A stretch of DNA of 64,000 nucleotides from a virus (IMGVR_UViG_3300043409_001318:32001-96000), one strand, 5' to 3'; numbered from the stretch's first letter, positions 18,353 through 27,035 are shown. The notes: generated by a model not told the origin, from the letters alone. A program made the numbers and translations.

Positions 18353-18650
18353 CATTGACCTTGAGGATATCGAGTCACGCATCAAGCACACTTCCGAGAA
18401 CGACTATGCGTGGTTGCTGGGCACGCACGGGGGGGCTGCGCTCGTCGCGGAGGTGGAGCGTCTACGTCTTGACCTTGCTGATATTGAGCACGCCTATAAA
18501 TTTGCTTGCGATAAGGCAAAGTTGCTGGAGCGTCAAGCCGTGGTGGCGTGGCTGCGGGAGGAAGGTTCGATCAACAGTATACTATCACCGCTGAAAGGTG
18601 CAGCCGACGAGATCGAACGCGGCGACCACCTTAGAGAGAATGAAAAATGA
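18348..18650 (+). CDS. hypothetical protein, GC-rich
   Basis: ERQAVVAWLR...IERGDH; AGGAG RBS. Confidence 0.8.
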   Translation: MTIDLEDIESRIKHTSENDYAWLLGTHGGAALVAEVERLRLDLADIEHAYKFACDKAKLLERQAVVAWLREEGSINSILSPLKGAADEIERGDHLRENEK

Positions 18651-18811
18651 ACATCGACAACACCGAACAGATTGGGGCTGATCGTGAACGTCAAGCAATT
18701 GTAATATTTCTGCGAGCAAGTGCGAAAAGCCGTGCAACAGGATCAGAAATAAGATTACTTCAAGATCAAGCAACGCGAATTGAACGAGGAGAACACCAAA
18801 ATGAAAGTTAA
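18647..18811 (+). CDS. 54-aa paralogue of the preceding gene
   Basis: ERQAIVIFLR...IERGEH; ATGA overlap; not in ORF track. Confidence 0.7.
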   Translation: MNIDNTEQIGADRERQAIVIFLRASAKSRATGSEIRLLQDQATRIERGEHQNES

Positions 18812-19016
18812 AGCAACTCTATATATTCAAAAGATAATTTGGATTGAACATCAAGTAGAAGTAGAAGCATATAATAAAGATGAAATCAATAATGTAATTG
18901 AAGATGCTTTTGGTGATTGGTCCGATAAACAAGAAGATAATAATGATCCAGCAGTATCTTATGAACTTGATGATTATGGTTGGGAAGACCTTGACGAGAA
19001 CTTCAGCAAGGGATAA
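18801..19016 (+). CDS. acidic hypothetical protein
   Basis: GAGGAG RBS before ATG 18801. Confidence 0.7.
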   Translation: MKVKATLYIQKIIWIEHQVEVEAYNKDEINNVIEDAFGDWSDKQEDNNDPAVSYELDDYGWEDLDENFSKG

Positions 19017-19039
19017 GATAGAAACATGAAGGAGAGAAG

Positions 19040-19129
19040 ATGCTGATCCTAATGATGTTTGCTTGTCTTATCCAAGATCGTTATATAAATCACGATACAA
19101 CAGAATTTGAGGATACCGCGACTGAATAA
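19040..19129 (+). CDS. 29-aa putative micro-lipoprotein
   Basis: MLILMMFAC; AAGGAG RBS; promoter at 18991. Confidence 0.5.
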   Translation: MLILMMFACLIQDRYINHDTTEFEDTATE

Positions 19130-19195
19130 AGAAAGTTAAAGAAACCCTTGACGAGAGACAACGAAGAGGGTACATTGAAAGGGTGAGGAGAAGAA

Positions 19196-19408
19196 ATGAC
19201 CGCTATCCAAATCGCAGACCTAATTGACCTTGTTGTTGAAACTTCTGTTGATGGTGCTAAATGGACTGATACTGAAATTCAACGATTTTCAAATCTTAAT
19301 CGTGCTCTATGGGATTTAGCGCATAAAAATAATATTAAGAAAGAGGTTGATTTTATTTTATATGAACGCTCTGTGCTTAAAGTGATAAAATCTCTTGACG
19401 CTCCTTGA
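19196..19408 (+). CDS. hypothetical protein
   Basis: Promoter TTGACG-17-TACATT at 19148; GAGGAG RBS. Confidence 0.75.
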   Translation: MTAIQIADLIDLVVETSVDGAKWTDTEIQRFSNLNRALWDLAHKNNIKKEVDFILYERSVLKVIKSLDAP

Positions 19409-19431
19409 TAGAGTGGTTAAGATAGAGAAGG

Positions 19432-19455
19432 AAGCAGAGAGGTTCAAGTCCTCTC
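19432..19455 (+). repeat. T-arm-like hairpin, copy 1
   Basis: AAGCAGAGAGGTTCAAGTCCTCTC; 23/24 identical to 19908-19931. Confidence 0.85.
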
Positions 19456-19800
19456 AACTGAATAATGCCTGTGCCTATGACAGTTAGAACAGAGAAGAAC
19501 ACACTTATCAAGTTCTGCTATCATAGTTTCAAGCTTAACAATTCTCATTTTGCTCCAATCAATATCTTTTGAAGCAGGATCTAAATGATGAAAATCGTAA
19601 ACATATGGAGGATAAACTTGGTTACAATCCAAACATTTTCCTCCTTTGTAATTAATAGCCCATTCGCGTCTTTGTTTCCACTTATCGTTTGAAACTTTGT
19701 CTTTACAAACTTTACAGTGACTATAAACACCTTTTTTTCTATCTTTTTGTTTATAGAATTCGTTAATATCTTTTTCTTGATTACATTTAGTGCATAGCAT
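19444..19800 (-). mobile_element. free-standing HNH homing endonuclease
   Basis: CxxC..CxxC, DFHH, LLCSNCHR; own ACTATTTA motif (19818-19825, minus strand) and GGAGG RBS. Confidence 0.88.
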
Positions 19801-19907
19801 TTTATTGCCTCCACTAATAAATAGTAGGATAGAAAGAAAACTTCTCTCCAAGAAAAGAAAAAAAGACACTTGACAAGCGAAACGAGACACAATAGATTAG
19901 ATAGTGA

Positions 19908-19931
19908 AAGCAGAGAGGTTCAAGCCCTCTC
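19908..19931 (+). repeat. T-arm-like hairpin, copy 2 (leader of tRNA operon)
   Basis: Follows promoter TTGACA(19870)-17-TAGATT. Confidence 0.85.
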
Positions 19932-19937
19932 GTTAAT

Positions 19938-20014
19938 GTGGGGATAGCTCAAATGGATAGAGCAAAAGTTTTCTACACTTTAGGTTGAAGGTTCAAGTCC
20001 TTCTCTCCACGCCA
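19938..20014 (+). tRNA. tRNA-Arg(TCT)
   Basis: Cloverleaf; AAAGT/ACTTT stem, loop TTTCTAC; CCA encoded. Confidence 0.92.
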
Positions 20015-20081
20015 CTTTAACAATATGCTATACCGATTATGATGCTTTTAAAAGCTCGTTTAAACCAACTGTAAACATTAT

Positions 20082-20158
20082 CCACCTTTAGCTCAGTTGG
20101 TCAGAGCAATAAGCTTATATCTTATCGGTCCCCCGTTCAAATCGGGGAAGGTGGACCA
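20082..20158 (+). tRNA. tRNA-Ile(TAT)
   Basis: ATAAG/CTTAT stem, loop CTTATAT; CCA. Confidence 0.9.
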
Positions 20159-20174
20159 ATCAGCTTGAAACTAC

Positions 20175-20202
20175 TTGACACCTTTGCGAAGCGTGTTAAA
20201 GT
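20175..20202 (+). promoter_or_regulatory. sigma70-like promoter inside the tRNA array
   Basis: TTGACA-16 nt-TAAAGT. Confidence 0.7.
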
Positions 20203-20221
20203 ATAGGCAAGCAAACAGTAC

Positions 20222-20307
20222 GGCTCCTTGGTGGAATGGTATACACAGCAGACTTAAAATCTGTCGCCCTCACGGGCTTGCGAGTTCAAGTCTCGCAGGA
20301 GCCACCA
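20222..20307 (+). tRNA. tRNA-Leu(TAA)
   Basis: Long variable arm; loop CTTAAAA; CCA. Confidence 0.95.
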
Positions 20308-20313
20308 CTTTTT

Positions 20314-20400
20314 GGGAAGATGGTGTAATGGTAGCCACGACAGACTCAAAATCTGTTGCTTAACGTAAGCGTAAGGGTTCAAGTCCCTTTCTTCCCACCA
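20314..20400 (+). tRNA. tRNA-Leu(CAA)
   Basis: Long variable arm; loop CTCAAAA; CCA. Confidence 0.95.
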
Positions 20401-20406
20401 CATTAC

Positions 20407-20492
20407 GGAGAATTAGTCTAATTGGTAAGGCAACGGATTTGAAATCCGTCGAGGTAAAACTCTTACACGTTCAAGTCGTGTATTCTCCGCCA
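20407..20492 (+). tRNA. tRNA-Ser(TGA)
   Basis: Long variable arm; loop TTTGAAA; G discriminator; CCA. Confidence 0.95.
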
Positions 20493-20497
20493 TTTTA

Positions 20498-20573
20498 GGG
20501 ACGGTAGCTCAGTTGGTAGAGCAAGGGCCTTTTAAGCCCAAGGTCGTGGGATCGTGCCCCACCCGTCCCACCA
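20498..20573 (+). tRNA. tRNA-Lys(TTT)
   Basis: Loop CTTTTAA; atypical T-loop ATCGTGC; CCA. Confidence 0.9.
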
Positions 20574-20579
20574 CTTTTT

Positions 20580-20655
20580 GCCTGTATAGCTCAGTTGGTA
20601 GAGCACTATCTTTGTAAGCTAGTGGTCACCCGTTCAAATCGGGTTACAGGCTCCA
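20580..20655 (+). tRNA. tRNA-Thr(TGT)
   Basis: Loop TTTGTAA; CCA. Confidence 0.92.
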
Positions 20656-20660
20656 CATAC

Positions 20661-20735
20661 GGTCCCATCGTCTAGTGGTTAAGACTCCAGCTTTTCACGC
20701 TGGCAATCGGAGTTCAATTCTCCGTGGGACTACCA
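20661..20735 (+). tRNA. tRNA-Glu(TTC)
   Basis: CCAGC/GCTGG stem, loop TTTTCAC; CCA. Confidence 0.95.
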
Positions 20736-20739
20736 TTTT

Positions 20740-20815
20740 GGCACTATAGCTCAGTTGGTAGAGCAAGCGTTTCATACACGTTCGGTCACTTGTTCAAATC
20801 AAGTTAGTGCCACCA
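20740..20815 (+). tRNA. tRNA with CAT anticodon (elongator Met or Ile2)
   Basis: Loop TTCATAC; paired 1-72 and no three consecutive G-C anticodon pairs, so not an initiator. Confidence 0.9.
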
Positions 20816-20828
20816 TAAAGTTAATTAG

Positions 20829-20913
20829 GGGAGCATCGCATAGCGGCAATTGCAAGGGACTGTAAATCCTTTCTCATACGAGTTCGTTGGTTCGAGTCCA
20901 ACTGTTCCCACCA
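20829..20913 (+). tRNA. tRNA-Tyr(GTA)
   Basis: Loop CTGTAAA; long variable arm; CCA. Confidence 0.92.
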
Positions 20914-20919
20914 TTTTAT

Positions 20920-20996
20920 TCCCGATTAGCTCAGTTGGTTAGAGCAACGGACTGTTAATCCGTGGGTCGTGTGTTCAAATCACACATCGGGAGCCA
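20920..20996 (+). tRNA. tRNA-Asn(GTT)
   Basis: ACGGA/TCCGT stem, loop CTGTTAA; CCA. Confidence 0.95.
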
Positions 20997-21016
20997 TTTA
21001 GAAAAAGAGAAATAAA

Positions 21017-21652
21017 ATGTATGAATTTCTTAAAGAAGTTAGGGAACTTAAATATACTTCTAATTCATATTCGGACGCAAAGCATGAAAATGAAGTAAAA
21101 AACTTGTTAATTAAGCATGGATTTTCTGAAAAAATCATAGATACTAAAAAGCTACCTGTTATGGCTATTCGTGACTCTTTACTTGAAGAAGAACAAACAT
21201 ATATTGATATTATACAAAATAATGAATTTGTATATCAATTTTGTGGTAAGAATGATTCACCAGATTTTATTTTAAAGTTAAATGATAAATTTTATTTTAT
21301 AGAATGTAAAACTAATAAAAGTGCTTCGTTCCCTGTATACAATAGCGGAAAACCAAAGCAAAAATATATATATATTTTTAGTAGTGGTAAATATAATCAA
21401 ACAACTTTCTTTTGGGGTAGAGATATAATAACAAAAGAAAAAGATCGTCTGTTTTCAAACCTAATAGAAAAAATAAATAAAACGATCAAAGAGACTGAGT
21501 TAGATCCTGCTTGGGAAGATGATGTTGGACTTGGTTTCTATTGTAGAGCGATGTATCATCATATTGGTAAATCTGATAAAACTGATTATATTAAACATAA
21601 GTATAGAACAACCCGTGAGGAAAACGTACTAAATGAATTCTTACAAAATTGA
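21017..21652 (+). CDS. putative type II restriction endonuclease (PD-(D/E)XK)
   Basis: SPDF...IECK motif; overlaps the MTase gene. Confidence 0.75.
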   Translation: MYEFLKEVRELKYTSNSYSDAKHENEVKNLLIKHGFSEKIIDTKKLPVMAIRDSLLEEEQTYIDIIQNNEFVYQFCGKNDSPDFILKLNDKFYFIECKTNKSASFPVYNSGKPKQKYIYIFSSGKYNQTTFFWGRDIITKEKDRLFSNLIEKINKTIKETELDPAWEDDVGLGFYCRAMYHHIGKSDKTDYIKHKYRTTREENVLNEFLQN

Positions 21653-22481
21653 AAATGGTAACTGTTTGGAAGTTATTAAAAATCATCAAGATGAAAGTTT
21701 TGATGCCTGTATAACTGATCCGCCATATGGTATGGGAATGGAATTTTGGGATCATTCAGTACCATCTGTAGATATTTGGAAAGAAATTTATAGGGTATTA
21801 AAACCCGGTTCTTTTTGTCTAGCTTTTTGTAGCCCTCAATTATACCATAGACTAGCTCTTAACATAGAAGATGCTGGTTTCAAAATTCAAGATCAAATTA
21901 TGTGGATGAGCACTACCAAAATGCCAAAAGTAAATAAGCTAAAACCAGCTCATGAACCTATTGTTGTAGCTCAAAAACTTTTTAGTGGAACTATAGAAAG
22001 CAACTTTAATAAATATGGAGTTGGTAAAATAGATATTGAAAGTGTTAGAATACCTTGGGATAAAGAACCTCCTAAAAATTGGGTAGCACAAGGTTCTAAA
22101 CGTAGAACTTTTGGGAAGCAAGGTAATACAAAAGGTGGTGCTGATATCTATGGAAAGGTGGATGCTAATATTAACGGAAGATACCCTTCTAATATTGTTG
22201 GCGAAACTCTGTCTGAACATCAAAAATATTTTTATGCTCCAAGAGTAACATCAAAAGAAAGACTAGAGTTTAACGATCATCCAACTCCAAAACCAATTAG
22301 CTTAATGGAATATCTAATAAAGATTTATTGTCCAAAAGATAAACTAGTATTAGATCCTTTCTGTGGTAGTGGCTCCACAGGTATTGCCGCTCTCTTAAAT
22401 GAAAGAAATTTTCATGGTATTGAAATGGAACAGAAATATTGTGAAATAGCAGAAAAGAGAATAGAAAACTATCTAAATTAA
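21633..22481 (+). CDS. N6-A/N4-C DNA methyltransferase, beta class
   Basis: DPPY before HPTPKP and VLDPFCGSGSTG. Confidence 0.95.
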   Translation: MNSYKIENGNCLEVIKNHQDESFDACITDPPYGMGMEFWDHSVPSVDIWKEIYRVLKPGSFCLAFCSPQLYHRLALNIEDAGFKIQDQIMWMSTTKMPKVNKLKPAHEPIVVAQKLFSGTIESNFNKYGVGKIDIESVRIPWDKEPPKNWVAQGSKRRTFGKQGNTKGGADIYGKVDANINGRYPSNIVGETLSEHQKYFYAPRVTSKERLEFNDHPTPKPISLMEYLIKIYCPKDKLVLDPFCGSGSTGIAALLNERNFHGIEMEQKYCEIAEKRIENYLN

Positions 22482-22542
22482 AAGAAGATTTAATTAAAAC
22501 ACCCCATTTAAAATCTGTTTAATATAAATTTAAATTAATAAT

Positions 22543-22584
22543 AAAACCCCTTAATCACAAAATGGTTAAGGGGTTTTTCTTTTT
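22543..22584 (+). terminator. intrinsic terminator
   Basis: AAAACCCCTTAA/TTAAGGGGTTTT stem plus T tract. Confidence 0.85.
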
Positions 22585-22591
22585 ATCCCCC

Positions 22592-22619
22592 TTGACTTCT
22601 TCTTCAGCCACGATAAGAT
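22592..22619 (+). promoter_or_regulatory. sigma70-like early promoter
   Basis: TTGACT-16 nt-TAAGAT. Confidence 0.75.
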
Positions 22620-22625
22620 TGAAGC

Positions 22626-22826
22626 ATGATGAAAAGAAAGAACAGGTTTGATGTTGGAGACATTATCAAATTTAATTCTACACATGATTTGTCTAGTTAT
22701 TATTATCTAATTGTAGGAGAAGAAACAGAGAATTATTCAGACAATTATTTAGTTCTTTGCTTTGGTGATGGTTATGAATATCCTCTTGAAAAAAGCAACT
22801 CTCACTTCTATGATAAGGTGTCCTAA
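22626..22826 (+). CDS. small SH3/KOW-like protein
   Basis: FDVGDII; ends KVS. Confidence 0.75.
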   Translation: MMKRKNRFDVGDIIKFNSTHDLSSYYYLIVGEETENYSDNYLVLCFGDGYEYPLEKSNSHFYDKVS

Positions 22827-23050
22827 TGCTTCAAATTGGTGATTTGGTTGAATTAGTAAAACATATTGCTCTAAAAAATCAAGACCGCTATAAGGCTGAC
22901 CAACTCTATAAACCTTCTAATGTTTATGGACTTATTACTAAAATCTCCAGCGGTTATTATGATAACAAAGTAAACTATTATACCGTTATGTGGCTTACAA
23001 CGGGCGATAGTTATAAGTATGAAGCAGAAGAATTAGTAAAGGTATCATAA
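22826..23050 (+). CDS. small SH3/KOW-like protein
   Basis: MLQIGDLV; ends KVS. Confidence 0.75.
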   Translation: MLQIGDLVELVKHIALKNQDRYKADQLYKPSNVYGLITKISSGYYDNKVNYYTVMWLTTGDSYKYEAEELVKVS

Positions 23051-23253
23051 TGAAGTATAAAATTGGTGATATTCTTTGTTATGAAGATAAATTTGAAAAT
23101 ACTATTGTTGGTTCAGTACATTTTCTTATTACTGATGTGGATGTGGACGAAGTGCTATATTATTTTATGTGTCTTGATGAAGAAGTTGATCCAAATGCGT
23201 CATATAGTATAACTTTTGTTGATAGTTCCCCAAAATGGAGGAAGGTATCATAA
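23050..23253 (+). CDS. small SH3/KOW-like protein
   Basis: MKYKIGDIL; ends KVS. Confidence 0.75.
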   Translation: MKYKIGDILCYEDKFENTIVGSVHFLITDVDVDEVLYYFMCLDEEVDPNASYSITFVDSSPKWRKVS

Positions 23254-23459
23254 TGAAGTATAAAATCGGAGATATCTGCTATTATCGTGGATATCTCGCA
23301 AAAATTCCAAAATATGTTTTAATTGTTGATGAAGTAAGAGAGGGTCTTAAAGAAATGATATTTTTGGAAGATGGTTATAGATTTGTCGGCAAAGAACTTT
23401 ATTTATTGCCCCTTGACTTCCTTCGAAAGATTGATAAGGTAGAAGAAGAGGAAGCCTAA
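23253..23459 (+). CDS. small SH3/KOW-like protein
   Basis: MKYKIGDIC at the TAATG junction. Confidence 0.75.
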   Translation: MKYKIGDICYYRGYLAKIPKYVLIVDEVREGLKEMIFLEDGYRFVGKELYLLPLDFLRKIDKVEEEEA

Positions 23460-23683
23460 TGTTCCAAATTGGTGACCTTGTTCAAGTGAAAACACGCCTC
23501 AAAAACGATGCAGATAATCGACAATTAGTAGGAATTGTTGAAAGTGTTGTAGACGGTAAAGTTGGCGTTCGTTATTTAAATACTAATGACTTTGGATTTC
23601 ATATTTATAGTGGTATTACAGTTTACACAAATCCCCTTGACTATCTTCGAAAGATTGATAGTATTGTTGAAAAGGTAAAGTAA
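23459..23683 (+). CDS. small SH3/KOW-like protein
   Basis: MFQIGDLV. Confidence 0.75.
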   Translation: MFQIGDLVQVKTRLKNDADNRQLVGIVESVVDGKVGVRYLNTNDFGFHIYSGITVYTNPLDYLRKIDSIVEKVK

Positions 23684-23684
23684 A

Positions 23685-24011
23685 ATGGAAATCCCCCTTA
23701 CTTATTCTTCGCAAGCAGTTAAGGCCCGTGGAAATAATATTAATGAGAAACTACAATATCTTATTAATTGGTATACAAAAACAGGTAAGGATATTGAACC
23801 TTCTTGGGAATTTCAACGAGAACTTATGGAGTTTACAAAGCATTGGACTTTTGGACTTATCCAGCTTATGCGCGAAACTCCCGAAGAAACAAAGGAAGAA
23901 ATTATTAATCATCTACCGGATATTGAATATGTAATAATGAATTCTAAAAAGTCAGCTAATACGGTAGGTGCTATGTATCTTTATTGTGAACTACAAAATA
24001 TTGTGAGGTAA
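23685..24011 (+). CDS. hypothetical protein
   Basis: AAGG RBS; operonic. Confidence 0.7.
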   Translation: MEIPLTYSSQAVKARGNNINEKLQYLINWYTKTGKDIEPSWEFQRELMEFTKHWTFGLIQLMRETPEETKEEIINHLPDIEYVIMNSKKSANTVGAMYLYCELQNIVR

Positions 24012-24012
24012 T

Positions 24013-24210
24013 ATGATTTTTTCTCTTTTAATTATGTCTATTGGTTTTACCGCTTTTTGTATTCTCCATGAGGAAATCCCACCAAAAAAGCAAATTGTTC
24101 TTAAAATTCCAATCATTCCTGTTGTTGTCGATTTGATAGAAGATGATTATGTTTCAGATCCCGAAGAGATTGATCCTCCAACAATGATAATGCCAAGGAA
24201 GCAAAAATGA
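24013..24210 (+). CDS. small protein with N-terminal transmembrane helix
   Basis: MIFSLLIMSIGFTAFCIL. Confidence 0.65.
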   Translation: MIFSLLIMSIGFTAFCILHEEIPPKKQIVLKIPIIPVVVDLIEDDYVSDPEEIDPPTMIMPRKQK

Positions 24211-24434
24211 AGTTGACTGAATATCTAAATAATTCTATCACCGATGAAACTTCTGTAATTTTTGGAAAGTTTGGAGCAATTGAAAGTTTTAATTTAAATC
24301 CTAATGAAAAAGTAAAAGTTCTTACTCAAAAGATTATGAGGGACAAAAAGTATTTCTCAATCGATACCTTGACGGTCAACAAGAGTGGAGATATCTTGTT
24401 GATTGAAAGCGGAGATAAGAAGTGGGTGCCGTAA
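24207..24434 (+). CDS. hypothetical protein
   Basis: ATGA overlap; 3' end carries a promoter cassette. Confidence 0.6.
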   Translation: MKLTEYLNNSITDETSVIFGKFGAIESFNLNPNEKVKVLTQKIMRDKKYFSIDTLTVNKSGDILLIESGDKKWVP

Positions 24435-24634
24435 AGTTTAATTATGGGGATCTTGTCACCATTCAAGTAAATTATAGTAAATCTAATACTAATTTTGCGC
24501 GTCAAGGCTCCATAGGAATTATTATTGAACCAACAAAAGATTATACTCGCGGTTCTAATGTTGTGAAGGTATTTGGTAGTGATGATGAATGGTATCTTAG
24601 AAATAATGAAATGGATCTTCTTCATCGTGCTTGA
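24422..24634 (+). CDS. small SH3/KOW-like protein
   Basis: FNYGDLV. Confidence 0.7.
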   Translation: MGAVKFNYGDLVTIQVNYSKSNTNFARQGSIGIIIEPTKDYTRGSNVVKVFGSDDEWYLRNNEMDLLHRA

Positions 24635-24684
24635 CGGCTAAACGATAATGGTGATATACTTTTGGTTGAGAGTGGAGAACAAAG

Positions 24685-24909
24685 ATGAGTTCCCTAAAAT
24701 ATGCTGCTGGTGATATTGTTGTAAACTTTAATATTGGTGATATTGTTATTGTTAACTCCGAAGCATATGAAGAAGCTTTTGTAGGTGAAATAGGATATGT
24801 AGCATCAATGCCTTATCTATCTTTTTCATATATTACGTTTTTTAGTGATCCAGAACAAGAGATATTGTTTAAGAACTCCGAAATCTTTCTTAAACCTCTT
24901 GACGGCTAA
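24685..24909 (+). CDS. small SH3/KOW-like protein
   Basis: AGDIV..FNIGDIV. Confidence 0.7.
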   Translation: MSSLKYAAGDIVVNFNIGDIVIVNSEAYEEAFVGEIGYVASMPYLSFSYITFFSDPEQEILFKNSEIFLKPLDG

Positions 24910-24943
24910 ACAACAACAGGCTAAGGTATAAGCATCGGAGGAA

Positions 24944-25258
24944 ATGATGATGAATAACCGTCCCGAAATTGGCGATATGATTATGCTTCTTCGTCCCGAA
25001 ATCCGCGAACTTCCTCCCAAGGTTCGTCGTGGTCGTCCTCCCAAGGTTCCGCGTATTGAAACGGAAACTACTTGGCACGACGACGTTGAAGCAATCATTC
25101 TTAGTGGTCCTACGCAGGGAATTTCGTCCGATGGTGAAGATTATTGGCTGGAGTGGTTGACCCAGCGACTTGACAACGGAAAGAAGTGTGTTATTAGTAG
25201 TGGCGGCAGAGGATACATGAGTAATACCTTCCGTATTGTGCGAAGGGCAAATGAGTGA
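24944..25258 (+). CDS. SH3/KOW-like protein with AT-hook insert
   Basis: PEIGDMI; PPKVRRGRPPKVPR; GC-rich codons. Confidence 0.75.
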   Translation: MMMNNRPEIGDMIMLLRPEIRELPPKVRRGRPPKVPRIETETTWHDDVEAIILSGPTQGISSDGEDYWLEWLTQRLDNGKKCVISSGGRGYMSNTFRIVRRANE

Positions 25259-25455
25259 AGAAATTTGTAAAGAATAGTGTATGGTTTGCTTCACCAACCA
25301 ACGAAACCAAACCATTTTATTTTATTGTAATTCGTCCTCGCCCTATGGATATGAAGATTTCTATTTACAATTTTGATAGTGGCGAAATCAAAGAAAACTA
25401 TTATTTTAAATATGAAGAGATGGACCTAAATTATATCTTGACGAGGATTGACTAA
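25255..25455 (+). CDS. small hypothetical protein
   Basis: GTG start, operonic. Confidence 0.6.
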   Translation: MKKFVKNSVWFASPTNETKPFYFIVIRPRPMDMKISIYNFDSGEIKENYYFKYEEMDLNYILTRID

Positions 25456-25655
25456 TGCGAAAGTTCTTTAAGGATGTTGTGCTTGGCGATATTCTAATTT
25501 CAAAGCAGAGTATCAGCGGTATTAACTTTGTTGGAGTTGTTGAAACTATCGAACATGCACCAAAGCAATCTGTATCGATTAGAACTTTTCGCGAAGGCAA
25601 GACTTATATTATTCATGGTTCTTCAATTGGAGATACATGGGAAATTGTGACGTAA
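25455..25655 (+). CDS. small SH3/KOW-like protein
   Basis: VVLGDIL. Confidence 0.7.
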   Translation: MRKFFKDVVLGDILISKQSISGINFVGVVETIEHAPKQSVSIRTFREGKTYIIHGSSIGDTWEIVT

Positions 25656-25673
25656 ACAATAAAGGAAATTAAC

Positions 25674-25880
25674 ATGAAACTAATGCATGGTGATATACTT
25701 GTATACAAAAGTAATTTGTTCTTCGTTCTAAACCCTTCTCGTTTAGTATATGATGATGGTTCTTTTTTAGTGCTCGTCCAAAATTTAGAAGATAGTGGAG
25801 ATTTTAGAAACATTAATTCTACATACCATCTTGACAGCGGTATGTGGACCCGATACAATAACCAAACAAAGGAGAACTAA
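25674..25880 (+). CDS. small SH3/KOW-like protein
   Basis: LMHGDILV. Confidence 0.7.
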   Translation: MKLMHGDILVYKSNLFFVLNPSRLVYDDGSFLVLVQNLEDSGDFRNINSTYHLDSGMWTRYNNQTKEN

Positions 25881-25881
25881 A

Positions 25882-26088
25882 TTGACTTTCCGTGGCTTTT
25901 TCAATGATGATGCGAAGAGTGATAATGATAGTGATGTGATTATTTGTTCCGTTCATGGAGAATACCCAGCTTCTATGAAGGCTTTTGGGTGTCCCGAATG
26001 TGTTAAGGAAGCAGAAGACGAAGAGCAAGAAGAAGAAATGCTTAATAAGTCTAAAATTGCTCGCTTTAATACTCCAAGGAAGCGATAA
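25882..26088 (+). CDS. small zinc-finger protein
   Basis: CSVHG...CPEC; TTG start after AAGGAG. Confidence 0.6.
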   Translation: MTFRGFFNDDAKSDNDSDVIICSVHGEYPASMKAFGCPECVKEAEDEEQEEEMLNKSKIARFNTPRKR

Positions 26089-26252
26089 TGCCTATTTACA
26101 ATGATTTAACTGAAAAAGAAATAATCCAAAATCTTGTTGAAGATAAGATTTTACTTGAAGCAAAAGTAAAGCAGTTAGAAGCAGAAGTAAAAGGTCTTAA
26201 ACAAACAGACAGAAAATCTAAAATTATTCCTATCTACAATTTGGGAGATTAA
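26088..26252 (+). CDS. 54-aa coiled-coil protein
   Basis: TAATG coupling; followed by a TCAAAAGCATCAA inverted repeat. Confidence 0.6.
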   Translation: MPIYNDLTEKEIIQNLVEDKILLEAKVKQLEAEVKGLKQTDRKSKIIPIYNLGD

Positions 26253-26330
26253 TCAAAAGCATCAAATATTTAATTGATTTTGATGCTTTTGACGTAGTTT
26301 AAAACTATTTATTTCATAGGAGAAAATTCT

Positions 26331-27035
26331 ATGGAAGAAAATATAAAACTAAAAGAACAAAAAAAAAGATGGTATCAAGCCAATAAAGAACGGCTCAATC
26401 AAAAACAAAAAGAGCGTAACGAAGTCAATAAAGAACTAATAAGAGAAAGAAAAAAAAGATACGGGCAAGAAAATAAAGAAAAGATTTCAAATTTTAAAAA
26501 AGAGTGGTATCTTAAAAACAAAGAGAGAATTTTAGAAAATAGAAAAGAATATTATGAAAGTAATAAAGAACAAATAACTAAATATAAAAAAGAGTGGCAT
26601 CTAAAAAATAGACCAAAACGCTTGTTAGAGTTTAAAAGATATAATGAAGAAAACCAAGATAAAATTAAACAACAAAAAGCAATTTACAAAAGTAAATATC
26701 CAAACAAAAACAAAGAAAGTTCTTCTGCGTACAGACGTAAATATTTTGATAAGTTTAAAAGATATAGTATTACAAAATATGGGATTACGATTAAACAATA
26801 TCAAGATTTATTAGATAAACAATTACATAAATGCTATATATGTAAAATTGAAACCAAGAAGAACGGAAGAAGGTTATGTATAGACCACGATCATATTAAT
26901 GGTAAAGTTAGGGGTTTGTTGTGTAATCTTTGTAATTCCATATTAGGCTACGCAAAAGATAATATTGAAATATTACAAAACGCAATAAAATATTTACAAG
27001 AACCTCCATTCCAATCGGTTGACGAGGTAAAGTAA
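26331..27035 (+). mobile_element. endonuclease VII-family (His-Me) free-standing homing endonuclease
   Basis: CYICK..LCIDHDH..GKVRGLLC..CN..LG; repeated KEWY.KNKE; ACTATTTA at 26304. Confidence 0.9.

Noticed and set aside
19432-19455. Additional tRNA or tRNA pseudogene at the GGTTCAAGTCC hairpins
   Set aside because: There are no D or anticodon arms and no acceptor stem; only an isolated T-arm-like hairpin, reported as a finding.
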